Source: Lingula anatina
Lineage: Eukaryota; Animalia; Brachiopoda
DNA: 64,000 nucleotides
Direction of reading: 5' to 3'
Assembly (NCBI GenBank): GCA_051362555.1
Contig: CM120643.1
Span: 6,386,001 to 6,450,000 of the forward strand
Positions 27,431 to 38,730 of the stretch are shown here, piece after piece. Within the stretch, counting starts at the first letter, position 1. Each line of letters starts with the position of its first letter. A model generated the notes under the pieces. That model was not told where the DNA came from, ran no database searches, and was given only the letters and a program-made list of their open reading frames with translations. The position numbers were made by a program, and so were the translations under genes.

Positions 27431-28214
27431 ACATCAATTCCAGTGTTGGGCTTGACAAGCTCTACAAAATGCAACAAACAAGATGTCTCTAGCATTATAA
27501 GTTCCAAAATAGGTGTAAGAGAGTTTTCAGTTTTGGCACCAAATGACTGCTTCTCCCATAGAAATGCACGGATTGACCTCAAACTTAAGAAAATGAAAAA
27601 AGACCGTAAGAGTAACTCTTCATTATAATATGACAGCTTAGGTCTGTGTAGTTTCTGAAAAAAAAGGCACAAACAATTTTTTTTTTTGCAGAAAATTCCC
27701 ATTTTTACAAATTTTTTGCCGGTTTGACATCGAAAGGATCATTTGCAACAATTGCTACTGGAAAGAAAGCTACTAGTAAATAAGAAATGTTTGAAAAGAA
27801 GACCAAGAACAACATACATGGACAACATAAAAGAATAAACTGGTCAAAAAAAATATAGTTCAAGTATTTGAGAGATGTGGGGATCCATGACAGCCAATCT
27901 GCTATGAGTGGATGGCACCCAGTGATGATGAAGTAAACTCAATTTATAGAACAATTTTGGGTAAATAGTTTTAAGGCCCAGATATCAAAACAAGGATGAC
28001 TTTTATTGTCAGTTATCAATTTCTGTATTCTTATCTTAGTTATGTCAAAAAAATTTACTTTGTGCAAAACAGGCAGCAACCAGCACACCCCCCCCCCCCC
28101 AAACAAGGAAAAAGTACAAATAGCAATAAGATTATATCACAAAGTGTTACGTCTACCTCTTTCACAATATTTTTAAAGAATTACTCTGTTCAGAAAAATT
28201 ATAGTGTTACTTCC

Positions 28215-31200
28215 TTACCTTATGTGAGGGATTTCTTTCAATTCCTCCCTCAAAAACTTGTGCAAACTTGCAGATTTCCCTTTCACCATAAAAAAAGGCA
28301 CCTCTAGAACCTCTCTGTATCCTGCTTGATATAGGAATTTTTTGTAAGCCTTTGCTACACCTGGTGAATAAAGAAAACCAAATCAATGTTAACATAAAAC
28401 ATATTTCAATGTCCAACTCTTACTGAGAGGAAATGTGTGCCTGAATGTACTGAAATATTAATATTTACACAAAGAAAACCTATTCATGTCAAAACTTTAT
28501 CAAATAGACATATAACACATTCAAATTAAGATGGCATCTGTTTACAGCGTGAAATAATATACTGTTACCTGGGAAATATATACCACAACATGTTGAGATT
28601 TAGTGAGGCAGTGGAGTATAGTACTTATTATTTGACATACAGAGAGAAAGTACTCACCCCCCCACCCCATAAAAAAAATTACCAAAAAACCAAAAAAGGT
28701 ACATAGCCATAGTCAAATAACATCTTTAGGTATTACTTATATTGAAATCAACAAGGCAGGTGCACAGCTTGCTACTTACATATGTTGGATTTATATGAGA
28801 AGTGTACTATACAAGCATCAGTTGTCTACGTTACTCTCTACTGATACATCATTGTTGTCCTTTGTACCCTATTGTTATTCCCAGTACCCCATTGCTGTTA
28901 TGGCTATATAAGGTGATCCTATAAGGTGACCCTTAGACCCCATTCCCAGAGATTAGATTGATCTACTTTAGATCGACCTAACTCCCTGGGGGTTCACGCT
29001 AAATAGCTGTCAGCCGAGCGGAAACGAAAGTTAATTACTCCCTTACAGCTTGTAGTAGGCGGGACAGACATTTAAGCCGGATTATCTGACAGTAATCTAG
29101 TGAGGGATAGATCGATCTAAAAGCTCTGGGAATACACCCTTAGTGGGTAACCAGCAAGTACATAGGAGAAATAGGCTCAATACACTGAAGTCAAGCTTGT
29201 GTTAGTCATAACCCAAAGCCAATCATGGCAGCAGGGTAGGCTTACTAAAGCTATCTCTACATACAACAACCACATTTTTAACTCACCAGTTAACATTGGC
29301 TTGTTGATAAAGAAATCTTCATCATGAAGAATCCACACTGCTATTCTTCTCCATCTTTCTGGCAAGGCAGACATGTTTTCCATTTTGAGGAATCCATTTT
29401 CATCAAAGACCCTGGGCACCAGCTTCATGTCTACAGGCTCATTCAATTCATTCAAACAGAACTCCACAATAGGACGATATATGGGTAGTACTGGCGTGAC
29501 TCTTGCCATGTGGGGACCACCAATAATCATCTGAACAGCCTCTAAAACAGCCTTTTTTGGGGAATGCTGACATACATTTTTCAATTTCTCTGCACAGTAT
29601 TGAATACCATCTGCTTTGTAAAGGCTTGGTGGAATCTTCTTAACATACTTGTCAATTTGCTCTATTTCTAACCTTCCACACAACTCCACAATCTTTATAC
29701 ACCATTTTGGCTTCATAACATTTAACGATTCCTCCTTCATCAGACCAGACTGGAAACAACTATCAAGTATTCCACTGAAGACTTCATAATAGCCATGATG
29801 GCGTATCAAATCACAAGTAATGGAAAGCAATTTGAAAGGGGGGATATTTCTCCCTTGGTTTTGCACTAAATCAACCACTTTTTTTAAAAAAGCAATATTT
29901 GTATTGCAATCCATAAGTAGGTAAGCATGAACTAATCTATAACCACCGTCCCCATCGATATCTTGTGCATTAGCCACAAAGTTCTCAGCAACTTTCAACA
30001 GCATTTCATGATCAGAATAATTCATTACACTAAATTCCCATGTAATACCAATTTGCTGTCTCAATGGCAACAAAGATGCGTGCTTCTTAAATATCTCAGC
30101 AAGTTCTGTAACATATTGTACATCCATGAAACCTTTATTCAACTTCTGCTTTTGGGCTAAGCCCAACATCCACTTAATGCACAGAAATGCACGTCTCTTG
30201 TATTCTTCAGTTCCATCACAAAGCAGAATCTCCAACCCCTTCCATAAAATGTCAGAGGGAACCAAATATTCAACATTTTTACAGAGGCTGACATACCTGT
30301 ACACTTCTCTCGGCTCAGAGAATTCACTGTTGAATTTCAGCTCCTGTAAAAAATGTCTTACATCATTTTCATCCACCCATTTTCCTCCCAGTTCACAAGA
30401 ATAATGTGTTGCTGCGTTTAGAACACTAACAAGCCAGTGAATTTCTTTGCCTCCAAGTTCTTTCCTCTCTAGCTTTACCTCACTCATCAAGTGCTTCAAG
30501 AAAATCCTTATCTGCTCTTCAAGGTAATTCTGCTTGTGTAGTACAGACAGATGTAACCATCGGTGGCAGGCATCTATCCTAATCTTAACATGCCATTCGG
30601 ACCATACCTGTGACATGTGTCTCTCCAGTTCTTTATAAAACTGAAGGATTTCTGGAGATGGCTGAATTAAAACCCCAACTAACAACAATCTGTTTAACTG
30701 ACGTAGAACACTTCCCTCCATCAAACCTTTGTCGAGGATGGTTAGCAGGGCTGATGATAACCTGTCATCTTGTAAAAGATGAGTGTTTTGATATCTTGGC
30801 GAATCCCTCAAACATTTAAGACTAACAGCATATATATACCGTAGCACTCCGTCAAGATCTTTTTCGGCATTACTACTACTAGCTCCGTTCTTGTAAGCAC
30901 TAATAATCTCCGCTTCGCTCCTTCCATCTTGTATAAGGTACTCCTTCGCCTCTCTTTCCAAAAGATCTTGGTTGCGTCTGATGATGGCGTTATATTCATT
31001 TTCCGTGAGTTTTTTTGTAGAGTATGACAGCTCAGTCCCAGTGGTAACTTTCCCCATCGTCCAACCCCACATCTTGTGAAAGCTTCGCCTTCGGAGTTGA
31101 GAGACGGCACATGTAAATCGCAGCGATTGATGGCATTGTGAGGGTTGTGCCAAACACTGAGTTATTCTACCAACAAAACTGTGTCGACTACAACTTCGGT

Positions 31201-31228
31201 AGACATATCTCAGTGCCGAATAAAACAT
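28215..31228 (-). CDS. FASTKD5: FAST kinase domain-containing mitochondrial protein (FASTKD5-like). Exon 1 is 31228-29287; exon 2 is 28360-28219, then a stop at 28215-28217 or a splice to 21909-21894
   Basis: Arg/Ser-rich targeting-like N-terminus, long helical body, GGPHMARVTPVLP..PIVEFCL motif, and RAP start RRIAVWILHDEDFFINKPMLTG. A G|GTGAGT donor at 29286 and a ttctttattcaccag acceptor at 28361 join in phase to GVAKAYKKFLYQAGYREVLEVPFF, completing the RAP domain. The family call is firm; the paralog assignment is from remembered motifs. Confidence 0.8.
28936..29139 (-). mobile_element. Harbinger-type MITE family A copy 4, intronic in the FASTKD gene
   Basis: TTA TSD; reverse complement of the 2541-2755 body. 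Confidence 0.8.
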
Positions 31229-31335
31229 GATTACATGATTAAAATGTTCCCAGTACTGAACACGTCCATGGCCTCTGTCTCGACCACGAGGCAGTTGAGG
31301 TAAGCTCGCATTTGTAGAAAGAGCAGGTCAGGTCA

Positions 31336-31346
31336 CAAAATGGCGG
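31336..31346 (+). promoter_or_regulatory. YY1-like motif CAAAATGGCGG near the FASTKD start
   Basis: Matches the AANATGGCG consensus ~110 bp upstream of the ATG, in a CpG-richer patch. Confidence 0.4.
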
Positions 31347-31529
31347 AAAACGGCATTTCAGGCTACGAGAAAAAATGACATAAAAAGCGGAACCTTATAC
31401 TAGGGAATAAACACCCCTTTCAACGCAATTTTAACGTGAACAGCCAAAACCCGTATCTTTTATATCATGTTACCTTTTCTTGAGCATCTTCCCTGGCTAT
31501 AAGGGCACGAGTTTCTTTTAAAAACTTAA

Positions 31530-31871
31530 AGGGATAACAACTGTTCATTTTGGCCAAAAATGAATTTTGCTAGGGTAAACAACAATTTTCCCAGTCTTAT
31601 TAATGGTAATTGAATACATTCCGGCATTCAAAGTTAGTCCGTGTTTTTTTCCCTTAAAAATTTAGTTTTTTAATATTCTCTTAAGCATAAGAGATTATTA
31701 CAGAGTGTAGCCATCTATAGAGGTCACTTGGTGTGATGGAAAGCACAAATTCCAGAATTATTGCGTTAACTGCCGTTTTTGTGGTAAAATAAAATTTATT
31801 ACGTTTCTATGAGTTGTTTACAATGTATTTATTATTGTAATATAGATATCATGCGAACAGTTGTTATCCCT
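31530..31871 (+). mobile_element. Kolobok-type MITE
   Basis: Perfect 17-bp TIR agggataacaactgttc/gaacagttgttatccct with TTAA on both sides. Confidence 0.85.
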
Positions 31872-34702
31872 TTAAAGTAGGTCCTACATGCTGACGCCAC
31901 AAGATAATAATAATGGATATGACTCTTGTTAATTACATGTAGGCCTATGTGAACTTTTCTTTTAACAGCAACAATTTCTACATAGAATTGACGTCATCTC
32001 TCAGCTGGCCTATGGTAGAAATTAAAGATAAATATATATATATATATATATAGAATTGACGTCATCATTCAGCTGGCTCTGGTACAAAGTTATTTTTAAA
32101 GGCATTATTAATTGACAAAAAAATGACACTTTTAGTTGGAAAAGGCGTCTTTTAAAAAAGAATTTGTCAGTGTGGATTTTGGGGGATAGTGAAGAAACAA
32201 TCAAAACTGACAGCTCATCAAAGGGATACCTGGATAAATGAGATTATCTGTTTACCCCACTTCTACCTGGGGATGTGCCTTCATTAAGGTTAACAACATG
32301 ATTAACGGGGGGAGGGGGGAGGTTAAAACAACAAAGAGTGTCAGTAAGTTTATCAAAGGGATACCTGGATAAATGAGATTATCTGTTATCCCTATCTCTA
32401 CCTGGTGAACATTTTGATCTAAGGCAGGCATTTATAATTTTTCTTAGTGTCACATAGTTTATTCTCAGTATTATATTAATTACAGGGGGAATTGTCCGGG
32501 GGTCAGTTGTCAAGGGGGTAATAGCCCGAGGTGGAGGATTGTCCCGGGGGGGGGGGGTGCCCTGATTTGCGACCACGACGGAGGGTGTCTTGGGGAATGC
32601 GAATATTCTATAACTTTTGGTATAATCATAGAAGTAGAGATGATCTTCCATACATGCTCTTTCATACACATACCCCAGTACATACATACACACATGAATA
32701 TTTAACTACTTAAATCATTGCTCTGTTTTGTACAGGAATGGAATTTGTCTCTTTAAGGCCTTGGTGAACGGGGTGTTTGGATACAGTATCTTAAATACGT
32801 AGTGATACATATAGGCAGGACACAAAAAGTTCTAGTAGAAAACAAAATAATTCTCATTTATTGCAATTAATATAACAAAAAATCCACATTTGTATGTTTA
32901 TGTCAGACGAAATGTCACAGTTACAATCTACACGTGTTTGCAGGGACACTCTTGTTTTTAGTCAATTCCTTTTCCATTAAAAGGAAGTTTTTTACCCACT
33001 AATCTCGCAGACCCCAAAGTTAAACATTGTATTTAGTTGATACAAATAGAAATACAGGGTGTCCCAGTATAAACGTAACCCAAAAATGTGAACGCCGTTT
33101 ATTTTCTGTTTGCAAATTATATACAATTCATATATATCTGAAAACTGCAGAAGTTAGCAAATCTACTGCTACATGTACAAACAACATGTCACGTGCTCTA
33201 CTGGCAAAGATTTTGTCGTCATTTATAGAAAATATTCCAAATGTGCTCTGTTATACATTGCACAGTGTCTTTCAATTCAAAATGTAGTTTTATCAAGTAG
33301 TAAACATTAGAATGTAAATTCGAGGACTAGCGAAAACGTTCTTCAAAGTTGTAAAGTGTATTGAACGAAACTGATCTGGGCACTCAGTCGTATGTATGCA
33401 GTCACAGTTTTGAGTATTTAAAAAAATTTATTATGATAGTTCGGAGAAATTATATGAAAATGATCATATCAGCGTCCTCTGTCATTTATCGCTGTCTTCA
33501 CTAGCACAATATGATGAAATTCATGGACACCGTCACAATCATGTTGAGATAGACTATGAGATCAAATACTGTAGCATTAACCCTGTTGTAACTCAACTTC
33601 CTCTATTTTCCCGGACCATTACATACCTGTCATCATTGAAAATTGCCGGAGAGGGAGATTCCTACGTATGACCTACGTCCCCCACCCGGACACACACACA
33701 CACACGCACACACACACACAAAATTTTTTTGGAAAGTAACGCCTCGGTAAGAAATGTGTTGTTAGCAGTTTGCTAAGAAAATAGTTTGACTATACAAAAT
33801 GATATAGAAAAATAAAACCGGCAGCTTAGAACTTTATTATATTCCAATTCAAGTCTTTCAATGTTTCAAGAATTTCATCGGCTGTTTTACAACTTGGTCA
33901 TACTAACAGCCTGTTTCAATCAATAATTAAAACAAGTTAATATTTGCGCTCCAGTATTTCATACTCCATTGTGTGGCTCTCGTCGGGGATTCAGCTTATT
34001 GCACACCTCAGGTAGAGGTGACACTCACGTCGTAAGCCCAACTTACTGGAACATTTTTGAAATATTGTTGAGATTTCTTTGTGAAGTCCCAAATATCTCA
34101 TTTCGAAAAAAATCATTTTCTAATTTTAAAAATTATCATTCTGTCCTTCAATCCGCAATCTGTACTACTCTTGTTTAGCCCATTGCCAATGGGGACAGTT
34201 CAGCAAAAGCACTAAATCTCATTCATTAGCACTTCTGTCTTGTGTTTTCTGATGTATTCTGGATAATTGCACAAATAGGCCCTAGTGCATATATGAAAAT
34301 GTGCAACATTTCGTGCAAGTCGGCAAACATACTTGATGTGATAATCGCCGACTGTTCGTGCAGTTCAAAAATAAGAAAATTTGACTTCACGTAAATTCTG
34401 TCGACATTGCGTAGAGATTTTACGTCGTTTTTTCACGCGCCATTACGTTGCGTCGCGTTCGTTGTGTGTAAAAACGCTAATTTCAATGAAAAATGCCTAT
34501 AATTTCTTTCTATTTTCATCTTTTAAAATTCCAATTTCAAGACATGATAGACAAGTATGTAAGCTTCAATTTTATTCATTGGGACAACATTTCAGAGGAA
34601 GAATTTGATAGAGTAAATCAGCGCTAAATTAGGGGAGACCGGGGCTAGTTGGCCCAGTTAGACACTTTTGGCCTTGTAGAGCCAACTAGGAGTGGGTTAG
34701 AG

Positions 34703-36906
34703 CAAGAAGTTATAATGAGAAGGAGTAGAAACAAGGGGTTTCCCTTCATCCTATCCTCGTAACGGGCTTAATCCTAATAATTACCCAGCTTGTGGTCTTA
34801 GGGAGAGCTTGTGCCTAATACATATTCAAAAGACCGTTCATGTGGGTTGCTTCAGCCAATTGGGATAAAGCCTCGCGAAGTCTCTAATAATCTCACAGAG
34901 AAAACATGGTGGGATTACAGAAAGGTGTAGAGAGAGATTTCAAGCCTGGACGCAACCATTTCGGGAAATAAAACTCAAATCATGCAAGATACACCTTCAT
35001 TTGATCTAGAGCCGATCAGTTATACAAAAATTAGTTTCACATCAAGAATGTATGAGAACAATTTCACAAACCCACCTTCAACGCTAAAATTTGCACCTGT
35101 AGAAGTCTCATATTTATTTTAAATTATTTTTGTCGTGTAAAGGAAATTTACCTTCATCTAGGAATGACACATTCAATTCACAGCCGTGTACACAAAACAG
35201 TAGTACTTGCAATTTCCGTATGCCAGCCTCGTTTCTTTCTTTTTTGGCACATTATTGCTTATATACCAGGTAGAGCTTAAACAGGAAAATTGGGGAAATG
35301 AAAATAAGTTATTGCACTTAGTACGATTCTAAATAAAATTTCATTATTACATATTTTTGTTTATATCTTTGTCTATTACATGAGGCCAACTAATAGTAGA
35401 CTGATAGTTTAAATTCATTAGAAGAAAAAATCAAAGAAATATTTTTATTGATTGATATTGCTTTATTTCAACATTCGAGCAACTTGTATAATATCTAAAA
35501 CAAAGTACCAGCAATGAAAATATATCAATATTGTTACACCCAACAGTGATTAAAGCAATACAAAAATGGTTAGTTTTTATTTTGATGTGGTGATTATTTT
35601 ATTTTAAACTTTAGACAATTAGCCAGTGAACACTAAATTCCCTTTTAAAACTCGGACCACTAAATTCCCTTTTAAAACTTGCACCTCTTGTGCACTATAG
35701 TTTAATATTAGTGGTGGTAAGAAAACAGAGCCTTGTGCCTCATCAAGTTGCTGCTGGAAACAATCATTTTGCCAGCAAAACTAAAGATCTTTCACCTGCA
35801 TTCTCTTCAACCTGAAATGAGTAAGTGCGGAATTCATTACAAAATATAACTCTATATCCTAAACGAAACTCTGCAAACATCATATTGCAATAAAAAATTG
35901 AAAAAAAATTCCGAGAGTTCCCTGTCATCAAATTTTGGACCCACCATTTTGAAAAAGTCCCATGAAAAGTTGTTTATTTGAAACGATGTTTTTCATCTAA
36001 AGGGTTGATTCATTTAATACCAAAGTGATGTATTGTAATGATGCACGTCCTTAACTAACCAGAAAAACATAAATTATCTGCATACACCACGTTAAAATTA
36101 CCAAAAATTGTCCCAAACTGTCACCCAACTGTCTCTAACCAATTTGGGGACCCGCCATTTTGAAAAAGTCGGATGAAAAGTTGTCTATTTGAAACGATGT
36201 TTTTCATCTAAAGGATTGACTCATTTAATATCACAATGATGTATTGTAATAGTGCACGTGCTTAACTAACCAGAAAACATAAATTATATGCATACATCAC
36301 GTTAAAATTACCAAAAATTGTCCCAAACTGTCACCCAACTGTCTCTTGTGACCCGCCATTTTGAAAAAGTCGGATGAAAAGTTGTCTATTTGAAACGATG
36401 TTTTTCATCTAAAGGATTGATTCATTTAATACCAAAGTGATGTATTGTAATGATGCATGAGCTTTACTAACCAGAAAAACATAAATTATGTGCATACATC
36501 ACGCACTTAAGAAGAAAAAAGTCCTAAACATGGAGGTCCCGCTGAATCGGCCTCAGATCTTCGAGCTAACGCTGCTTTCTGCTCTGACAAATTTGACTGA
36601 CAGCCACCGTATGAACATAAAACAATGCTCAAAGCAGATAATCAACTCTCACTCACCTTTATATCGCTCGACTTGGCGTTTTTCTAAGTATAACTTCCAA
36701 ATATTCGCATTAAACATGAATAAATCAAGACGTATACGATCTGGTTCAGCTTCTCCGTCTTGAGTCACGCGGAGGCGAGCGGAGGATTAGACCAGTTACG
36801 AGGATCGAATTTCAAAGGACGCCGCTTTGAAAAGAATGCTGCGATCTGATTGGACGAGAGAGATAATTGATGTCCCGTTTCTACTCCTTCTCATTATAAC
36901 TTCTTG
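34703..36906. mobile_element. Non-autonomous P-superfamily-like element, 2.2 kb
   Basis: Perfect 30-bp TIR caagaagttataatgagaaggagtagaaac and a 7-bp TSD GTTAGAG; the empty site is visible in the sister copy at ~38550. Confidence 0.8.
35937..36502 (+). repeat. Tandem repeat, ~205-210 bp x ~2.7, inside the P-like element
   Basis: gaccc(a/g)ccattttgaaaaagtc recurs at ~35937, ~36148 and ~36350. Confidence 0.9.
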
Positions 36907-38483
36907 GTTAGAGTAACAAAACCGGTTTCAAAGTAAGCCCCATGAACTAAGCTACGTATGCAACGTCATTATTTTTCAAATATAATGCCAGGTGGCTCAC
37001 AATTTGACAAAAAACGCAGTTGACGTTAGGGGGGCCAACTTGCCCCATGGCGGGGCAAGTTGGCCCCAGGGTCGGGGCAAGTTGTCCCCCCTATACGAAA
37101 ATGAAGTATATATCCCATGTAAACGCCTTGAAATACATTTTTATAAATTTATTTATTTATTTAATTGATTTTTGAGAGTCTTTGATGAATAAACAGTTCA
37201 AATGAGGCAGATTTATTGAGGTTTCCGTACGTCACGTTGTTGGGGGGGGGTATGTGTTGCAAGAACCAAAATATCAATAAAATGTGTTTTGTTTTAATTA
37301 AGAATAAATAAATAATGGTATAAAGAAGGTTTTTAATGAATGAAAACGAATAATAAATTTGGTTTTTAAAAGAAAGTAACAAATTCAGTTTTAAACCATT
37401 GAGTTTGTTTCAACAATGGTCTCTAGCTAGGGAGGGGTGGAAAATCCCCTTGAGGGCAACATACCGTATAACACTATAAATACAAAGGGAATGAATTAAG
37501 GCAAAATAAATGTTTTTCTACGGAAAGTCCAATGGATTTGCTTTTTAATACTTACAATCAACAGAATATTTCTAATATAAATTCTCAAAAAGACACCAGA
37601 GAGAAAATTAAAAAAATCAATCAGACGGTAATAGACACCGGCAAGCTTTGTCAATTTCACCAACTTGTTTATTTCAAACAGCGTTGCGCGCAAAGGTTTG
37701 TGGGTAATATGAGGGTCCAACTTGCCCCGAGTCAAGGGGGCCAACTAGCCCCGGGTGTACATTATTTATTTTAAAGGATGGTAGCCATTTATGGTGCTAG
37801 AATGTGCAACGATGATACATCTCTGTGAAACTTGAAACAATGAGCTTCAGTTTGATGCCCTATACATATCTTATATTCGATCAAAAGCCTATGATAATAG
37901 ATTTTTAAATCTCTTAAACAAAATTACTTTTAGGTGCAAAAATCATTTATTTCGACTCACCGCTTAAGTAAAACTTTTTAACGTCCGACACTTCCTTAGC
38001 ATTGTAGGCTATAGTCACTTTACAAGAGTATGTGGCCTAGTTTTTTACCTCGTAGTTACTTTGTCATAAATTGACGGGGGGCCAACTTACCCCGGGGTCC
38101 AACTAGCCCCGGTCTCCCCTATAACGCCACGATGATTTTCTAGCATAACGTCAGCATAACATTTGCCGGAGCTTATTTTAATTTTAGTTCCTTTCGTAGA
38201 GTTGACGATTTTCCAGTTAATTTTCTAGTGCTGCGTTTTTAGTAATGGCGCTCTTTCTCATTAGACGTCATCTAGGAATTCGAAGTCCATCTTTGTGAAT
38301 TACTATAGTTGAAACATAGGGTAGACCTAGTTATATAAGTAGAAAAAATAAATCTGAACAGGCTTTTTTAGAGACAAAAGTTGTAAAAGTTTGTATAACC
38401 TGGTATGTTAAAGTTAAAGGACACTGGTAAACACCCGAACGCACTCAAAACTCAATTTCCCCGACTCTCCCAAACCTTTTATA

Positions 38484-38730
38484 GGGGAGACCGGGGCTAG
38501 TTGGCCCAGTTAGACACTTTTGACCTTGTAGAGCCAACTAGGAATGAGTTAGAGTAACAAAACCGGTTTCAAAGTAAGCCCCATGAACTACGTATGCAAC
38601 GTCATTATTTTTCAAATATAATGCCAGATGGCTCACAATTTGACAAAAAACGCAGCTGACGTCAGGGGGGGCCAACTTGCCCCGCCACGGAGCAAGTTGG
38701 CCCCAGGGTCGGGGCAAGTTGGCCCCTATA
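38484..38730 (+). mobile_element. Truncated second copy of the GGGGAGACCGGGG element (left end only)
   Basis: Near-identical to 34632-34702 joined to 36914-37095. Confidence 0.85.

Larger units (their letters stand above)
34632..38119. mobile_element. TA-flanked non-autonomous DNA transposon (Tc1/mariner/pogo-type) interrupted by a P-like element
   Basis: TA-ggggagaccggggctagttgg...ccaactagccccggtctcccc-TA, with internal ccaacttgcccc repeats. Confidence 0.85.

Noticed and set aside
29177-29286. C-terminal 36 aa of the 683-aa ORF
   Set aside because: It follows a consensus GTGAGT donor and breaks the RAP motif, so it is intron read-through.
33053-33090. Tc1/mariner-like left end TA-cagggtgtccc
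   Set aside because: No matching right TIR or transposase was found.
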